From positions 1 through 54,316 of the IMG/VR virus record IMGVR_UViG_3300029258_005835: a stretch of 54,316 nt of DNA. One strand, written 5' to 3'. Position numbers and translations under genes: made by a program. The notes below the pieces were generated by a model. It ran no database searches. It saw nothing but the letters and a program-made list of their open reading frames with translations, and was not told the origin of the DNA. This document shows positions 53,203 through 54,316 of the stretch, piece by piece; within the stretch, counting starts at the first letter, position 1; each line of letters opens with the position of its first letter. Source of the DNA: a virus (Duplodnaviria; Caudoviricetes).

Positions 53203-54316
53203 CGTTATTACCGACTGGACGACGAATGAGAAGGGGGAAACCCTCTTCTTTTTACCCGCTTTTGCCTATCTGCTGCTCCTGATGGGGTCGTGGATGTTCC
53301 TGTTGTGGAACTGGGAGCGGGTCAAAGAGGTCGGCTGGGGGAGCAGGATGATTACTGTTCCCCTTCTTGTTATCTGCGCCGCTATCGCCCTCTCCGGTAT
53401 TGCCGTCGAGGGAGGAATAGGCGACAAGATTGCTCCCTTGGGCATGGGGGCGGCGCTGTTCTCGCTGTACCTTACCGCGAGGGTCTTGGGTCGCGACCTG
53501 TTCCTTCCGCTGGCTGTCGGGGCTGCTGTTGCGTCTGGTGGGATTCTGGTGTACCAGCTGCTGTACTTCGGCGGGCCGACCGGCGGGTTCATCTTCGAGG
53601 ACAACTACGACATCGCTACGGGGTACATCCTCCTCGGTGCGGCGCTGTTGGTCGGGAGGAAGTCGTGGCAGCAGGGGCTGGCGTTCTTGGCGCTGATCGC
53701 CCTGTTCCTCTCCGGGTCCGCGGAGGCTGTGTTCGCCGTCGGTGTCGTAGGACTGGCGATGCTTGTGCGGCGCGACTGGTCGCGGAGGGCGGTTGTGCTG
53801 CTGGCTGTGTTCGCAGTCGTAGCAGTGGCTGTGTTCGCGTCTGGGTACGGGAGCGGGCTGCACAGCCTTACGGCTGGTGGGCTGACTGGAGACACGGAGC
53901 AGGCGAGCCGGACGGGGAGTGATGGTGAGGAGCTGACCCTTGCAGAGGACCGCTGGGAGCTTATCACGAACGCTATGGCCGATATCAAGCCGCTGGGAGA
54001 AGGGTACATCGTCACTGAGTTCCAGAAGGTGGACATGGTCCACAACGTGCCGCTGGTGATCGTCCAGCAGCTGGGATGGCCGGGAGTGCTGGCTGCGGCG
54101 GCATGGCTATGGGTGTCGCTCTGGTGCCTGGTGCGGTCGCGCTGGAAGTACGTCTGGATTCTGGTGCTGGCACTCAGCGTCTGGGACCACTACGTTTTCA
54201 CCCAACTGGCGCCGCTCTGGCCGATGATCGTCGGAGCGTGCTTGGTGGATACTGTGGATTCCGACCTGATATTTCGTGGGCGAGGGCTTGACAAAGGTAG
54301 TACCTTAGTAGTATAA
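53036..54316 (+). CDS. O-antigen ligase/Wzy_C-like multi-TM protein
   Basis: About 11 TMs; GGFIFEDNYD, ALFLSGS, R-W...PLGEG...HNVPLVIVQQLGWPG signature. Confidence 0.8.
   Translation: MDDLSADRGNAPEPPDQEQVHGQEQTQAAGDGPRKASRWWIALIGSGLALSPIHNSVITDWTTNEKGETLFFLPAFAYLLLLMGSWMFLLWNWERVKEVGWGSRMITVPLLVICAAIALSGIAVEGGIGDKIAPLGMGAALFSLYLTARVLGRDLFLPLAVGAAVASGGILVYQLLYFGGPTGGFIFEDNYDIATGYILLGAALLVGRKSWQQGLAFLALIALFLSGSAEAVFAVGVVGLAMLVRRDWSRRAVVLLAVFAVVAVAVFASGYGSGLHSLTAGGLTGDTEQASRTGSDGEELTLAEDRWELITNAMADIKPLGEGYIVTEFQKVDMVHNVPLVIVQQLGWPGVLAAAAWLWVSLWCLVRSRWKYVWILVLALSVWDHYVFTQLAPLWPMIVGACLVDTVDSDLIFRGRGLDKGSTLVV
54288..54316 (+). promoter_or_regulatory. Sigma70-type promoter at the window edge
   Basis: TTGACA-N18-TATAA, truncated by the window end. 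Confidence 0.6.

Noticed and set aside
1-54316. tRNA/rRNA genes, integrase and att sites
   Set aside because: No cloverleaf with a T-loop in intergenic space and no recombinase motifs noticed by eye; tRNAscan-SE would be needed to exclude tRNAs

Overview
Dense, high-GC viral (or virus-like) dsDNA segment with bacterial expression signals: GGAGG ribosome-binding sites and repeated TTGACA-N17/18-TATAAT-like promoters. The left half (1.5-21.5 kb) is a replication and nucleotide-metabolism module: class II RNR, DinG/XPD-like helicase, PD-(D/E)XK nuclease, AAA ATPase, radical SAM, ERCC4 nuclease, HD protein, a UDG-PolA fusion and an iteron-like repeat cluster. I see no terminase, portal, HK97 capsid, tail or lysis genes. 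The right half instead encodes membrane-anchored surface proteins (up to about 2400 aa, rich in N-x-S/T sequons), a P-loop ATPase with membrane partners, an O-antigen-ligase-like protein and many small basic or Zn-ribbon proteins. The main hidden feature is a group I intron (38831-39817) carrying an HNH homing endonuclease. It splits a 61-aa two-helix hydrophobic protein missed by the ORF track, which resembles the capsid proteins of archaeal spindle-shaped viruses. My working interpretation is a tailless, probably non-lytic, spindle-virus-like element with a bacterial host. Other features are a TnpB/omegaRNA remnant fused to a triplicated promoter, a C-terminal motif shared by unrelated proteins, and a family of Zn-ribbon mini-genes. 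All family assignments come from motif recognition by eye; no searches were run.
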